A stretch of 64,000 nt of DNA, taken from NCBI RefSeq assembly GCF_036365525.1, contig NC_090376.1, positions 92,299,914 through 92,363,913 of the forward strand, in the 5' to 3' direction. The position numbers were made by a program, and so were the translations under genes. Each line of letters opens with the position of its first letter. Positions within the stretch are counted from its first letter, which is position 1. Of this stretch, positions 39,452 to 52,776 are shown one piece after another. The notes under the pieces are model-generated. The model made no database searches. It saw only the letters and a list, made by a program, of their open reading frames with translations, and was not told the DNA's origin. This stretch comes from Heterodontus francisci. Its lineage: Eukaryota.

Positions 39452-41715
39452 GTAAGAAAATTTGTGCCTTATAGGACTATTTTAATGGGTATTTATTGTA
39501 GCTTGGAATACACATATTTATTAAAACCACCTAAATTCCCGAAACTAGTTCATTGTCAAGTTGGCTTCTAATTATTGCAAACATACAATGAATGACAACT
39601 TTCACACATCCTATTTATATGATTTAGCACAAGTTTCAGTCAAGTAAATCACATCTGTCTTGAAGAAAATAGTCTTTGGGCCCAATTTTAACTCTGTAAG
39701 TGGGTGAGTTTTGAATGATTTAAAATCTCGCCCTTTATTTCTATTATTTGAGAAGAGACACCAGTTGGATTGTGTATAGATTCTACCTGTTCTGGGTCAT
39801 GAATCTACAATCTGCTGTTATAAAAGTGATTCTTTTTCTGTTCTGGCTATAACATATTTAATTGGGGGCTCTCTTTTGCCGGGATAACCCCAATGCTGAC
39901 AAGTTACAATTGTAAGTGGGGCAAAAATCATTGGAAAAGGGAAAAAAAGAACCAGTGTTCTTGTGCGATAGAGTAAAGTTTACCCCACGGGAATGTCTTT
40001 CACAGTTGCTGTGACTTTTCTGGGGAAGGAGAATGTATCCCTCAGTGATTTGAGACACTTAACCAAGATTAAACGAAAGGAGTTGGCAGAACTGCTGGTG
40101 GTAGAGTTAAAATTGGGCACTAAGATAGCAGACATAATTGATGTAATAGTACACCATTTGAAATTGGAAGAAGAAGAAGAAATCAAACCGGGGTAGTGCA
40201 GTTGAATTAGCTAAAATTCAGTTAGAAGTTTAAAAACTTGAGTTTGAAAAAGAATTGACAATTAAAAGACTTGAACTTGAGGAAAAGGAAAGGGAAAGAG
40301 AATGAGAAAAGGAATAGCAGATTAGAAAACTGGAACTAAGACAAAGCTGGAACTAAGATGTCAGTGGAGATTCTGGTGAGGAAAGATCTGTCTCCAGCCC
40401 AGGACCTAGTGAAAAGCTGTTTAAATTTATACAAGCTCTCCCTAAACTTGATAAAAGGGACATAGAGGCATTTTTCATTTATTTTGAAAAGATATCCAAA
40501 CAAATGAAATGGCCAAAGGAAAGCTGGACACTGCTTATGCAAAGCAGGTTGATGGGCAGAGCTCATGAAGTTTATGCCATGCTTTCTGAGGAGGCTTCTG
40601 CAGATTATGAGCTGGCAAAAAAAGGTTATTCTCGCTGTGTATGAGATAGTCCCTGAAACTTACCAACGGAAATTTCAGAACCTCTAGAGATTATCTGTGC
40701 AGACTTGTATAGAATTTGAAAGGGTAAAACAAATTAATTTTGATAGTTGGATATGGGCAGTAAAGATGGAAGCCACGTATGAGTACCGTAGGGAACTAAT
40801 TCTCCTGGAAGAATTTAAAAATTCACACTCTCCAGTTGTAAGAACCCATGTAGAGAACCAGAAGGTTTCAAGGGCCAGACAGGCAGCGGAAATTGCTGAT
40901 GATTATGAGCTTGTGTATAAGCCCAAACCCTTTGTCCGTCACCTCCATAAACCCGAGAAGGATAGAAGGTGGGAGAATGAAAGAAGGCAGGTAGCCGGGG
41001 ACAAGAAGGGATAGCTGGGAACTGCCCCAGGATCTCCTCCTCAGGCCAGAAAGGAAGGTGCTGAGGGTGGAAGTGAGGTCCGCAAGCCTAAATGTTACCA
41101 TTGTCACAAGGTGGAACATCTTCATGCAGAATGCTGGAAATTGCAGGGAAACCCATGGGACTTATTGGGGCGTACAAAGCCAATGCAGTGAAAGGGATCC
41201 TGACTGAAAGTACAGCAGATCAGGCTATAGCTCTGACTGCAGCTGTAAGGCCAAGTACAAAAACCGCTGTGAGTGTAGGGGTTGTGAATAAGGTACCTGA
41301 AAGTTATAGGACATTCTTGGTGAAAGGAAAAATAACTCCTTATCCTTCAAGTGAGGCAGGTAAACCTATAGTTATACTTAGGGATACTGGAGTTACCCAC
41401 TTTCTCTTGCTGGAGAAAGGCATAACATTTCCATCAGAGAGCGCACTGAATGCTAAAGTTGTAGTGAATGGTATTGGCGGGAAGTATCTGCCCATATCTT
41501 TGCATTGGGTGCATCGAGAGTGTGACCTAATGTCTGGGATGGTAACTGTAGGAGTTGTCCATGGCTTGACAGTAGACAGAGTTGACCTACTCCTGGAGAA
41601 TGATTGGCCGGAGCGAAAGTAGTAGCTTCTCCTGTATTCACAGAAAAACCAAGTGAAGTTAAAGAGACAGAACAGTTATAGGAAAAGGTTCCAGGAATTT
41701 TTCCTTCATGTGTAG

Positions 41716-42557
41716 TGTCTTGCAGGCCCCCACCTGCCAAGAATAAGGCACATATATTTCATCACATGGACATTAAATTTTAAAATTGTTGCTGGGAAGA
41801 AAAGAAGACCTATTACAAGGGGTTGCCACGCCCCTGACTGGAAAGACATTTTGTGCATACTGACAGACAGTGTTGGAACGAAGGAACCAATCCCTGCTCC
41901 CCAATACTCAAACAGATGTGATCAGACCAGTTTAGTCACATGACTAACTGGCTAATGGAGTTTTTGAATTTGAACTTGCCACAGAGTTTAAACTGGCAGA
42001 AAGCTCTTTGCTTCTGGACTGAGAAGATCTCTCTCCTGTCTGCTCCCGTCTCTTTCTCACGGAACTGAAGATCCATTTAAGACACATGAACCCCAAGAGA
42101 GAAAAGTTTCCTACAGTGAACAAGGTTTAAGAAGAATACTGGGCCCCAACGAAAAGCAAGACTACCTACAATCAAGGGCTCTACAGCAAGCTTGAAGCAC
42201 AGTAATAAAAACCTCCCTTCAGAGATTGCCTCAAACCTCTCCACTATTTTTCTTCTGCTCTTTCCTGTCTCTATTTGCATGTGCGTATCACGTATGCATA
42301 CTAGTGTGGGGCGCAACGTGTATCCATATGCATTAACCGACTTAGAGTTTAAGTTTTAATAAATTTCACTTTTCTTCTTTAAAACTAAGAAGGTCTGTTT
42401 GTGCTCATTTCTTTGCCTTACAATTGGAAAGCAGTGAACAAGGATTCACCAAGGGGGAGCTCAAAACACAGTGTGTTTAAAAATTAAATCCTGTTCCAAT
42501 AAGACCAGGTGAAGGCTGAGAAAGACCCCTAGGCACCTTGCTTACCTGGTCGTAACA
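41716..42557 (+). mobile_element. Solo LTR (842 bp) inserted between protease and integrase
   Basis: TGTC...TAACA termini; 4-bp TSD GTAG (41712-41715, 42558-42561); removing it restores GIFPSCVVTRAMAK. Confidence 0.92.
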
Positions 42558-43074
42558 GTAGTAACCCGAGCAATGGCTAAACAAGTTCCATTGTAGGAGG
42601 TAAAATTGGCATCATAGACAGACAGCCGAATATCTGAAACTTTTTTGGGGGATTTGGATAATCCAAAGGAAATATCTAATCAGTCTTCTCTGGTCACGGC
42701 TCAGCCCAGAGCTGAAGAAGGTGGCACAATCAGCTCTGACAGCAGCTGAGGCAAAAGGAGTTCCAGAAGGCTATTATATTGAAAATAGGGTTCAGATGAG
42801 CAAGTGGAGACCTCGCAGACCTGCGGACGAAGACTGGATGGTTGTTCATCAGATAGTGGTACTGCCGAAGTATCGCTGGGAACTATTAAGTTTAGCGCAT
42901 GGGATCCCTCCAGCGTGACATGTGGGGATCCGGAATACCAAAGCACATATAAGTCAACATTATTATTGGCCAGATCTTTCCAAGGATGTGGTGCAGTTTT
43001 GTAAAATGTGCCATACGTGCTAGATTGTGGGGAAACCGCAATCTGCCAAAAAAGCGGCACCTCTGATTCTCATA

Positions 43075-43170
43075 TAAATAAAAGGTTCACTGACCTGAAA
43101 CATTAACTCTGCGTCTCTTTCCACAGATGCTGCCAGACCTGCTGAGTATTTCCAGCATTTCTTGTTTTTA
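43075..43170 (+). mobile_element. Short Penelope-type terminal-repeat insertion with 15-bp TSD
   Basis: TSD cctctgattctcata (43060-43074, 43171-43185); body tgacctgaaacattaactct...cagatgctgccagacctgctgagtatttccagcattt. An older inverted copy lies at ~57670-57765. Confidence 0.8.
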
Positions 43171-44260
43171 CCTCTGATTCTCATACCAGTTATTGGGGTG
43201 TTGGTAGACTGGGACCTTTACCGAAAACAAAAGCAGGACATTAATATATACTCACTATCATGGATATGGTTACTCGGTTCCCAGAGGCAATTCCTTTGAG
43301 TACAATTTCTGCTAGGGTAGTGCTAGAGAAGTTAACCTAGTTCTTCACGAGATCGGGATTACCGACTGAGGTTCAGTCCGATTAGGAATCCAATTTCATG
43401 TCTAAACTGTTTCAGGAAGTATGGGTAACTTAGGTATAACACAATTAAAGTCTACAGCATGCCAACAGATGCAGGGAGCTTTAGAAAGGTACCATCAGAC
43501 CCTCAAAACAATGGTTAGGGCATACTGTCATGATTGGGATAAAGGGCTAGAATTTCTTTTATTTGCTACTAGGCATTCATCCAATTAGTCTACTGGTTTT
43601 AGTCCTTTTGAATTAGTTTATGGACATGAGATAAGCGGTCCTTTAAAACTAATTAAAGAAAGATTTTTGAAACAGAGGGATAAATCCTCTGTGCTAGATT
43701 ATGTATCCGTGTTCTGGGAACGGCTCACAAAAGCTTGCAAAGTCGCTCAGGAACACCTTAAAGCTTCCCAAATGACTGTAAAAATGGGCAGACACGCATG
43801 CTAAGACCCAAATGTTTCGGCCAGGGCATTAAATGTTGGTATTGATGCCTTTACAGGGTGAACTGTTGAAGGCACAGTTCACTGGTCCATATAAAGTGGT
43901 CAGGAGAATTGGTGAAGTAAATTATTTGACACCCCAGTTTGCCGGAAAAAGAATCTGCTGTGTCATATCAATATGTTAAAACAATATTATTGCTAGGAGG
44001 AGGATAAGAAAGCACAGATATTCAGGTAGTAGGGACAGTGAAGGATGAAACGGATAGTGAGGATGAGGCAGAAGGAGGCCGAGACAATTCTCAAATTGAA
44101 CCTCCTACTATCTGGTTAGATAATGCTGAATTGCTAAGGTGATTGGACACTATGCTTTCATATTTAGATGCAAAGCAATGAGAAGACCTAATAAAGCTAC
44201 TCACAGCATTTAAAAGAGTCTGTAGGGATAATCCAGGATGTACAGCCTTAGCCACACATA

Positions 44261-45003
44261 GGGCTGAGTTTTACCGACCCCTGGACACCGCGGGTCGCGA
44301 TGCGGGGGCAGGCAAAATGTTACGGGGAGAGGCCCGCCTCGACCCGCGACGTCGAGAAGGGCTCACCACATATTACCGGTGGTGGGGGGACCTCAGTCCG
44401 ACCCCCCCGCCTGGCGGTGGGCTCTTCATCTGCATATTTAAATTGACTAATTATATTCGAATTAACTTACCTGCCATTCCATGCCGATTTTACGGAGTTC
44501 CGAGACGAGAACCTGGTGGGGAGGGGGGAGTAATAAAAATTTTAGGGCAAGAGGGGTGGAGGAGCGGGGAAATCAATTTTGATTGGATGTGGGGATGGTG
44601 GGAAGGGGTTTTCGGCCGAATGTTGTAAGTTTAGGGGGTAAAGTTCGGGTAGGGAAAAAGAAATGTGTTGGTCATTTCAGGCATTCAAATGACCATTGGG
44701 GGGTTGGGGAAGGGCCATCCACATATTTTTTATTATTTAATAAAAATTCTATGTTACTGCCCATTTAAAAATTTGAATTAATTCTAAGGGCTTAAAGCCC
44801 TTTAAAAATGACGCCAAACGGCGTTGCCGGGGACGTGGATGCCGCAGCTACACGTCATCAGGGTCAGGCGCTCCGCCCGCACTATTTAAATGAGCCTCCG
44901 GGCGAAATATTGCGGGGGCTCTGCAGCGGCTGCTGAATGCGGGCACCCCGCCGAGTTTAAAGGGCACTGCCGTGGGGCACGGTGCTTGAATAAAATTCAG
45001 CCC
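44261..45003. mobile_element. PIF/Harbinger-type MITE (743 bp, CpG-rich)
   Basis: TIRs GGGCTGAGTTTTA / TAAAATTCAGCCC; 3-bp TSD ATA; removing it restores the pol frame LATHNAGIGKSVPIKRHPY. Confidence 0.9.
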
Positions 45004-46425
45004 ATAATGCTGGTATAGGGAAATCCGTTCCCATAAAGCGACATCCTTACCACTTAAGTCCAGAGAAACAGGTCCAGCTAAAAGCAGAAATCCAATACAT
45101 GCTGGAGAACCACTTAATAGAACCCAGTCAAAGCAGCTGGAGTTAACCAGTAGTATTAGTGTCTAAGCCTGACGGTTCAACCATATTTTGCATAGACTAC
45201 AGAAAAGTTGATGCAGTAACAAAGGCAGACTCCTACCCAATCCCCCACTTGGAAGACTGTATTGACAGAGTGGGCAGTGCCATGTTTCTTACAAAAATAG
45301 ATTTGTTAAAGGGATACTGGCAAGTTCCTTTAACACCCCAAGTTAAAGAAATTGGCTTTTGGCACACCAGACAGTCCTTTCCAATGCTGAGGGATGCCAT
45401 TTGACTAGAAAATGCCCCAGCAACCTTTCAGAGACTAATGAGCCAAGTGGTAGCCAGTGTACCCAACTGTGTAGTTTATCTTGATGGTGTGCTAGTCTGT
45501 AGTGACACTTGGAAAGACTACTTGGAACAACTAGAAACTCTATTCAAAAAATTACTGTTGGCTGACTTAGTCATAAACTTTGCCAAACAATGAATTTGCG
45601 AAAGCGAGAGTGACCTACCTCGGGCATGTAGTAGGGCAAAGACAAGTGTTACCAAGAACCGCAAAGGTACAAGCATTGGTAGAATTCCCTACCCCTAATA
45701 CTAAGCAAGAAATCATGAGGTTTTTGGGGATGTGTGGTTTCTACTGAAAATTTGTACCAAATTTCCATACTGTAGCTGCTCCACTGACAGATTTGATACG
45801 GAAAACGAAAACTAAGGAACTGTGGTCAGTCGAGTGCCAAACATCCTTTGAAAGGCTGAAAGCCATTTTGATTAGTGAACCAGTGTTGGCTGCTCCAAAT
45901 TTCACTATGCCCTTCAAGGTAGCGATTGATGCTAGTGACCTGGGGGTAGGTGCAGTCCTGTTACAAGATAATGAAACGGGCATAGAAAGCCCAGTCCTAT
46001 ACTTTTCCAAAAAGTTAAATCTATATTAAAAAAGATATTCCACAGTGGAAAAAGAATCCTTAGGTCTATTATTGACTCTTAAAAATTTTGAAGTCTATGT
46101 CAGCCATGATTACAGAGAGACACTGATCATAACACCCAAAACTTCATTGAAAAATTTAAAAATAAGAATGTCAGACTATTCCAATGGAGTATAATGTTAC
46201 AACCTTATCACTTAAAGATTATCCACATTGTGGGTAAAAATAATGTTATTGCAGATGCTTCCTTGAAAATCTAACTTTGTTCAAGTTATTTGAATGAAAA
46301 GGGTGAATGAGTATGACTTTGAAAATGTGTTTTCTATTTTTCCTACATTTTGTACTGAAACGCATTTAAAAATGACATTTCATTCCTCTGAGGGTGGAGG
46401 TGTTATGACAGTGATTCTGTAGTTT

Positions 46426-49400
46426 GTTAGGGAATGGGTGACCGCCAGGCAGTATAGAAGAACTAGACAAGTAGTGCAGGAGTCCCCTGGGTCCATTTTC
46501 CTCTCTGACAAATTTTCTATTTTGGATACTGTTGGGGGAGATAGCTTCTCAGGGGAATGCAGAAGGAGCCAAGTCTGTGGCACCACAGGTGGCTCAGCTG
46601 CACAGGAGGGGAGGAAAAAGAGTGGGAGAGCTATAGTGAAAGGGGATTTTATCGTAAGAGGTACACATAGGCATTTCTGTGGCCGCAAACGTGACTCCAG
46701 GGTGGTATGTTGCCTCCCTGGTGCCAGGGTCAAGGTTGTCATGGAACAGCTGCAGGACATTCTGAAGGGGCAGGATGAACAGTCAGAGGTTGTGATTCAC
46801 ATTGGTACCAACGACATAGGTAGAAAGAGGGATGAGGTCCTGTAACAAGAATTTAGGGAGCCAGGTAGCAGATTAATAAACAGGACCTCAAAGGTTGTAA
46901 TCTCTGGATTACTCCTGGTGCCATGTGCTAATGAGTATAGGAATGGGAGGAGAGGGCAGATGAAGGTGTGGCTGAAGAGATGTGCAGGAGGGAGGGCTTT
47001 AGTTTCCTGGATCACTGGGTCTATTTCTAGTGAAGATGGGACCTGTACAAGTCGGACGGGTTGCACCGAAACTGGAACGAGACCTTCCTTGCAGGGAGGT
47101 TTGCTAGTGCTGTTGTGGGGGGAGAGGGTGTAAACTAATTTGGCAGGGGGATGGGATACAGAATGGAGGTACAGTAGGGGGTGATGCACAGCTAAATGTA
47201 GAGGAGAAACTAAGTCAGACTAGAAGGCAGAGCAAATATAAACCTGTTAAGGCACAAGCGAATAATGCAAGGCTGGATTGCATCTATTTTAACGCAAGGC
47301 GTCTTACAAGTAAGGCAAACGAATTGAGGGCGTTGATTAACACATGGGAATGTGATATTGTTGCTATCACAGAGACATGGTTGAGGGTAGGGCAGGACTT
47401 GCAGTTCAATATTCCAAGGTAGAGAATCTTCAGACTTGACAGGGTGCAGTGTAAAAGAGGAGGTGGCATTGCACTATTGATCAAGGAGTCTATTACTGCA
47501 GTAAGGAGGGATGATATTTTAGAAGGTTCCTCAAATGAGGCCATATGGGTGGAACTTCAAAGACAAGAGGGGGCAATCACTTTGCTGGGAGTGCACTACA
47601 GGTCTTCAAATGGTCAGTGAGAGATCAAGGAGACGATATGTAGGCAAATCTCAGAGAGGTGTAAATTAATAGGGTAATAATAGTAGGGGATTTCAACTTC
47701 CCCAATGTTAACTGGGATAGTCTCAGTGCAAAAGGCTTAAAGGGGGCGGAATTCTTCAAGTGCATCCAGGAGAGCTTTTTGAGCCAGCATGTAGAAAGTC
47801 CTACAAATGAAGGGGCAGTACTGGACCTAATCTTAGGGAATGAAGCCAGACAAGTGGTAGAGGTGTCAATGGGCGAGCATTTCGGGGATAGTGACCATAA
47901 CTCTAAGATTTAAGGCAGTTATGGAAAAGGACAAAGATGGACCGGAAATAAAGGTACTGAATTGGGGCAAGGCTGATTTAATATGATAAAACAGGATCTG
48001 GCTAAAGTGGACTGGGAGCAGTTATTTGTAGGAAAGTCTACATCAGACCAGTGGGAGTCATTCAAAAAGGAAATAGTGAGAGTTCAGGGCCAGCATGTTC
48101 CCATAAAGGTGAAGGGTAGAGCTAATAAATCTAGGGAACCTGGATGTCAAAGGATATAGAGGATTGGATAAGGAAAAAAAAAAGGAGGCTTATGGCAGAT
48201 TCAGAAGGCTAAAAACAGTGGAGGCCCAAGAGGAGTATAGAAAGTATATGGGGATACTTAAAAAGTGATCAGGAGAGCGAAGGGGGCAGGGGGCATGAAA
48301 AAACACTGGCGGGCAAGATAAAGGAAAATCCCAAGGCATTTTATAAGTATATTAAGGGCAAGAGGATAACCAGGAAAAGAGTAGGGCCCATTAAGGACCA
48401 AAGTGGCAATGTGTGTGGAGCCGGAAGACGTAGGTGAGGTTTTAAATGATTACTTTTCATCTGTGTTCACTATGGAGAAGGACACTGTAGTTGTAGAGAT
48501 CAGGGAGGGGGATTGTCATATACTTGAACAAATTAGCATTGAAAGGGAGGAGGTTTTAGCGGGCTTAAAAGTGGATAAATCCTCAGGCCCAGATGAAATG
48601 TAGCCCAGGCTGCTATGTGAGGCAAGGGAGGAGATAGCAGGGGCTCTGACACACATTTTCAAATCCTCTCTGGCCACAGGAGAAGTGCCAGAGGACTGGA
48701 GGACAGCAAATGTGGTACAATTATTCAAGAAGGGTAGCAGGAGTAAACCAGGTAATTACAGACCAGTCCAACATCAGTGGTAGGGAAACTATTGGAAAAA
48801 ATTCTGAGGGACAGGATTAATCTCCACTTGGATAGGCAGGGATTAATCAAGGATCATCAGCAAGGCTTTGTCAGGGGGAGATCATGTCCAACAAATTTGA
48901 TTGAATTTTTCGAGGAGGTGTCTAGGTGTGTAGATGAGGGTAAAGCAGTTGATGTAGTCTACATGGACTTCAGTAAGGCTTTTGATAAGGTCCCGCATGG
49001 GAGATTGGTCAAGAAGGTAAGAGCCCATGAGATCCAGAGCAATTTGACTAATTGGACCCAAAATTGGCATAGTGGCAGGAGGCAGAGGGTGATGGTTGAG
49101 GGTTGTTTTTGCGATTGGAAGCCTGTGACCAGTGGTGTACCGCAGGGATCGGTGCTGGGACCCTTGCTGTTTGTAGTGTACATGAATGATTGAGACGTGA
49201 ATATGGGAGGTATGATCAGTAAGTTCGCAGATGACATGAAAATAGGTGGTATCATAAAGAGTGAGGAAGAAAGCCTTAGATTACAGGACGATATAGATGG
49301 GCTCGTATGATAGGCAGAGAGAGCAGTGGCAAATGGAATTTAATCCTGAGAAGTGTGAGGTGATGCATTTTGGGAGGACTAATAAGGCAAGGGAATATAC

Positions 49401-52400
49401 AATGGATGGTAGGACCCTAGGAAGTACAAAGGGTCAGAGGGACCTTGGTGTACTTGTCCATAGATCACTGAAGGCAGCAGCACAGATAGATAAGGTGGTT
49501 AGGAAGGCATATAGGATACTTGCCTTTATGAGCCGAGGCATAGAATATAACAGCAGGGAGGCTATGATGGAGCTGTATAAAACGCTAGTTCGTCCACAGC
49601 TGGAGTACTGTGTACAGTTCTGGTTGCCACCCTATAGGAAGGTTCTGATTGCACTGGAAAGGGTGCAGAGGAGATTCACCAGGATGTTGCCTAGGTTGGA
49701 GCATTTCAGCTATGAAGAGAGACTGGATAAGTTAGGGTTGTTTTCCTTAGAGCAGAGAAGGCTGAGGGGGGACCTGATTGAGGTATACAAAATTATGAGG
49801 GGCATAGATAGGGTATATAGGAAGAAATATTTTCCCTTAGCGGAGATGTCAATCAGCAGGGGGCATAGTTTTAAGGTAAGGGGCAGGAGGTTTAGAGGGG
49901 ATTTGAGGAAAAAAAATTCCATCCAGAGGGTGGTTAGAATCTGGAACCCACTGCCGGAAGTGGTGGTAGAGGGAGGAACTCTCACAACATAGAAACCTAG
50001 AAACATAGAAAGTAGGAGCAAGAGTAGGCCATTCGGCCCTTCGAGCCTGCTCCGCCATTCATTATGATTATGGCTGATCATCCAAATCAGTAACCTGTTC
50101 CCGCTTTTGCTCCATACACTTTGATCCCTTTAGACCCAAGAGCGATATCTAACTCCTTCTTGAAAACATACAATGTTTTGGCCTCAACAGCTTTCTGCGG
50201 TAGCGAATTCCACAGGCTCACCACTCTCTGGGTGAAGAAATTTCTCCTCATCTCAGTCCTGAAAGGTTTACCCCATGTCCTTAGACTATGACCCCTGGTT
50301 CTGGACTCCCCCACCATCGGGAACATCCTTCCTGCAAATACCCTGTCAAGTCCTGCTAGAATTTTATAGGTTTCTATGAAATCCCCCCTCGCTCTTCTGA
50401 ACTCCAGCGAATATAATCCTAACCAACTCGATCTGTCCTCATACATCAGTCCCGCCATCCCAGGAATCAGTCTAGTAAACCTTCACTGTACTCCCTCTAT
50501 AGCAAGAACATCCTTCCTCAGATAAGGAGACCAAAACTGCACACAATATTCCAGGTGTGGCCTCACCAAGGCCCTGTATAATTGCAGCAAGATGTCCCTG
50601 CTCCTGTACTGGAATCCTCTCGCTATAAAGGCCAACCTACAATTTGCCTTGTTTACCACCTGTTGCACCTGCATGCTTACCTTCAGCGACTTGTGTACGA
50701 GGACACCCAGGTCTCGTTGCTTACTCCCCTCTGTCGGTTTATAGCCGTTCAGATAATAATCTGCCTTCCTGCTTTTGCTACCAAAGTGGATAACCTCACA
50801 TTTATCCGCATTATACTGCATCTGCCATGCATTTGCTCACTCACTCAACTTGTCCAAATCACTCTGAAGCCTCTCTGCATCCTCCTCACAACTCACCCTG
50901 CCACCCAGTTTTGTGTCATCTGCAAATTTGGAGATATTACATTTAGTTCCCTCATCTAAATCATTAATATATATTGTGAATAGCTGGGGTCCTAGCACCG
51001 ATCCCTGCAGTACCCCCCCACGAATCATTGCCTGCTGTTCGAAAAAAGACCCGTTTATTCCTACTCTTTGTTTCCTGTCAGCCAACCAATTTTCTACCCA
51101 TCGCAATACACTACCCGCAATCCCATGCGCTTTAATTTTACATGCTAATCTCATATGTGGGACTTTGTCGAAAGCCTTCTGAAAGTCCAAATAAACCACA
51201 TCCATTGGCTGTCCCTCATCAACTCTACTAGTTACATCCTAGAAGAATTCTAGTAGATTTGTCAAACATGATTTCCCTTTCATAAATCCATGCTGACTCT
51301 GCCCGATTCTACCACTGATCTCCAAGTGCTCTGCTATAAAATCTTTGATAATCTTTGACTATAGAATTTTCCCCACTACCGACGTCAGGCTGACTGGTCT
51401 ATAATTCCCTGTTTTCTCTCTGCCTCCCTTTTTAAATAGTGGGGTTACATTAGCTACCCAATATAATTTCTCTACTGATACTGATTTCCAGCAGTTCTCA
51501 CTAAACCCTGCATTCCCCAACATTTCTGGTATGATATTTGTGTCCTCCTTTGTGAAGACAGAACCAAAGTATGCATTTAGTTGGTCAGCCATTTCTTTGT
51601 TCCCCATAATAAATTCCCCTGTTTCTGACTGTAAGGGACCTACATTTGTCTTCACCAATCATTTCTCTTCACAGACCTTTAGAAACTTTTAGTCAGTTTT
51701 TATGTTCCCCGCAAACTTACTCTTGTATTCTATTTTCCCTTCTTAATCAATCCCTTGGTCCTCCTTTGCTGAATTCTAAACTGCTCCCAATCCTCAGGTC
51801 TGTTGTTTTTTCTGGCAAATTTGTATGCCTCTTTCTTGGATCTAATGCTGTCTCATATTTCCCTTGTAAGCCATGGTTTGGCTACCTTTCCCATTTTACT
51901 TTTGCGCCAGACAGGAAGAAACAATTGCTGCAGTTCATCCATGCGCTCTTGGAATGTTTGCCATTGCCTATCCACTGTCATCCCTTTAAGTAATGTTTCC
52001 CAATCCATCATAGCCAACTCGCGCCTCATACCTTCTTCGTATTTCCTTTTTTAAGATTCAGGACCCTAGTCTCAGAATCAACTACGTCACTCTCCATCTT
52101 GATGAAGAATTCTATCATATTATGGTCACTCATCCCCAAGGGGTGAATAATTGTCAATTATTCCTCTCCTTTTACACAATACCCAGTCTAGGATGGCCTG
52201 TTCTCTAGTTGGTTCCTCAACATATTGGTCCAGAAAACTATCCTGTATGCACTCCAAAAATTCCTCCTCGACAGTATTGTGACTAATTTGATTTGCCCAA
52301 TCTATATGCAGATTTACTCACCCATAATTACAGATGTTCCGTTATCGCGCGCATCTCTAATTTCCTGTTTAATGCCATTCCCAACATCACCACTACAGTT

Positions 52401-52776
52401 TGGGGGTCTATATACAACCCCCACTAACATTTTTTGTTCCTTAGTGTTTCTCAGCTCTACCCATACAGATTCCACATCGTCAGAGCTAATATCTCTCCTC
52501 ACTATTGCGGTAATTTCCTTTTTAACCAGCAATGCAATTCCACCGCCTTTTGCTTTTTGTCTGTCCTTCCTAAATACTGAATACCCCTGGATGTTCATTT
52601 AATGAATGTTAGAATTCCTTATCAACATTTAAGAAGTATTTAGATGAGCACTTGAAAGGCCATAGCATACAAGGCTATGGGCCAAGTGCTAGAAAATGGG
52701 ATTAGAATAGATAGGCTTGATGGCCGGTGCGGACACGGTGGGCCGAAGGGCCTGTTTCTGTGCGTACAACTCTGAG
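46426..52776 (+). mobile_element. CR1 LINE with ORF1 esterase remnant, endonuclease, RT and 3' tail (46426-49990 and 52623-52776)
   Basis: CCLPGARV..HIGTNDIG (SGNH esterase), DIVAITETW, GDFNFP, GVPQGSVLGP, KFADD; sequence resumes at caacatttaagaag 52623 and ends in a gggccgaagggcctg tail. Confidence 0.92.
49991..52622 (-). mobile_element. 5'-truncated CR1 nested in the preceding CR1; same subfamily as 1576-4040
   Basis: ORF2 fragments nearly identical in translation to 1667-4002; caacat repeated at both junctions; internal deletion near 51460. Confidence 0.92.

Noticed and set aside
39323-39571. Stand-alone ORFs of 82 aa (and 66 aa at 58136-58336)
   Set aside because: Only the spliced portions are coding; the extensions are intron read-through past clear splice sites.
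39855-46400. Endogenous retrovirus or copia element
   Set aside because: No env is visible between RNase H and the PPT, and the RT and GPY-integrase motifs are gypsy-type despite the tRNA-Pro-type PBS and IN-before-RT order.
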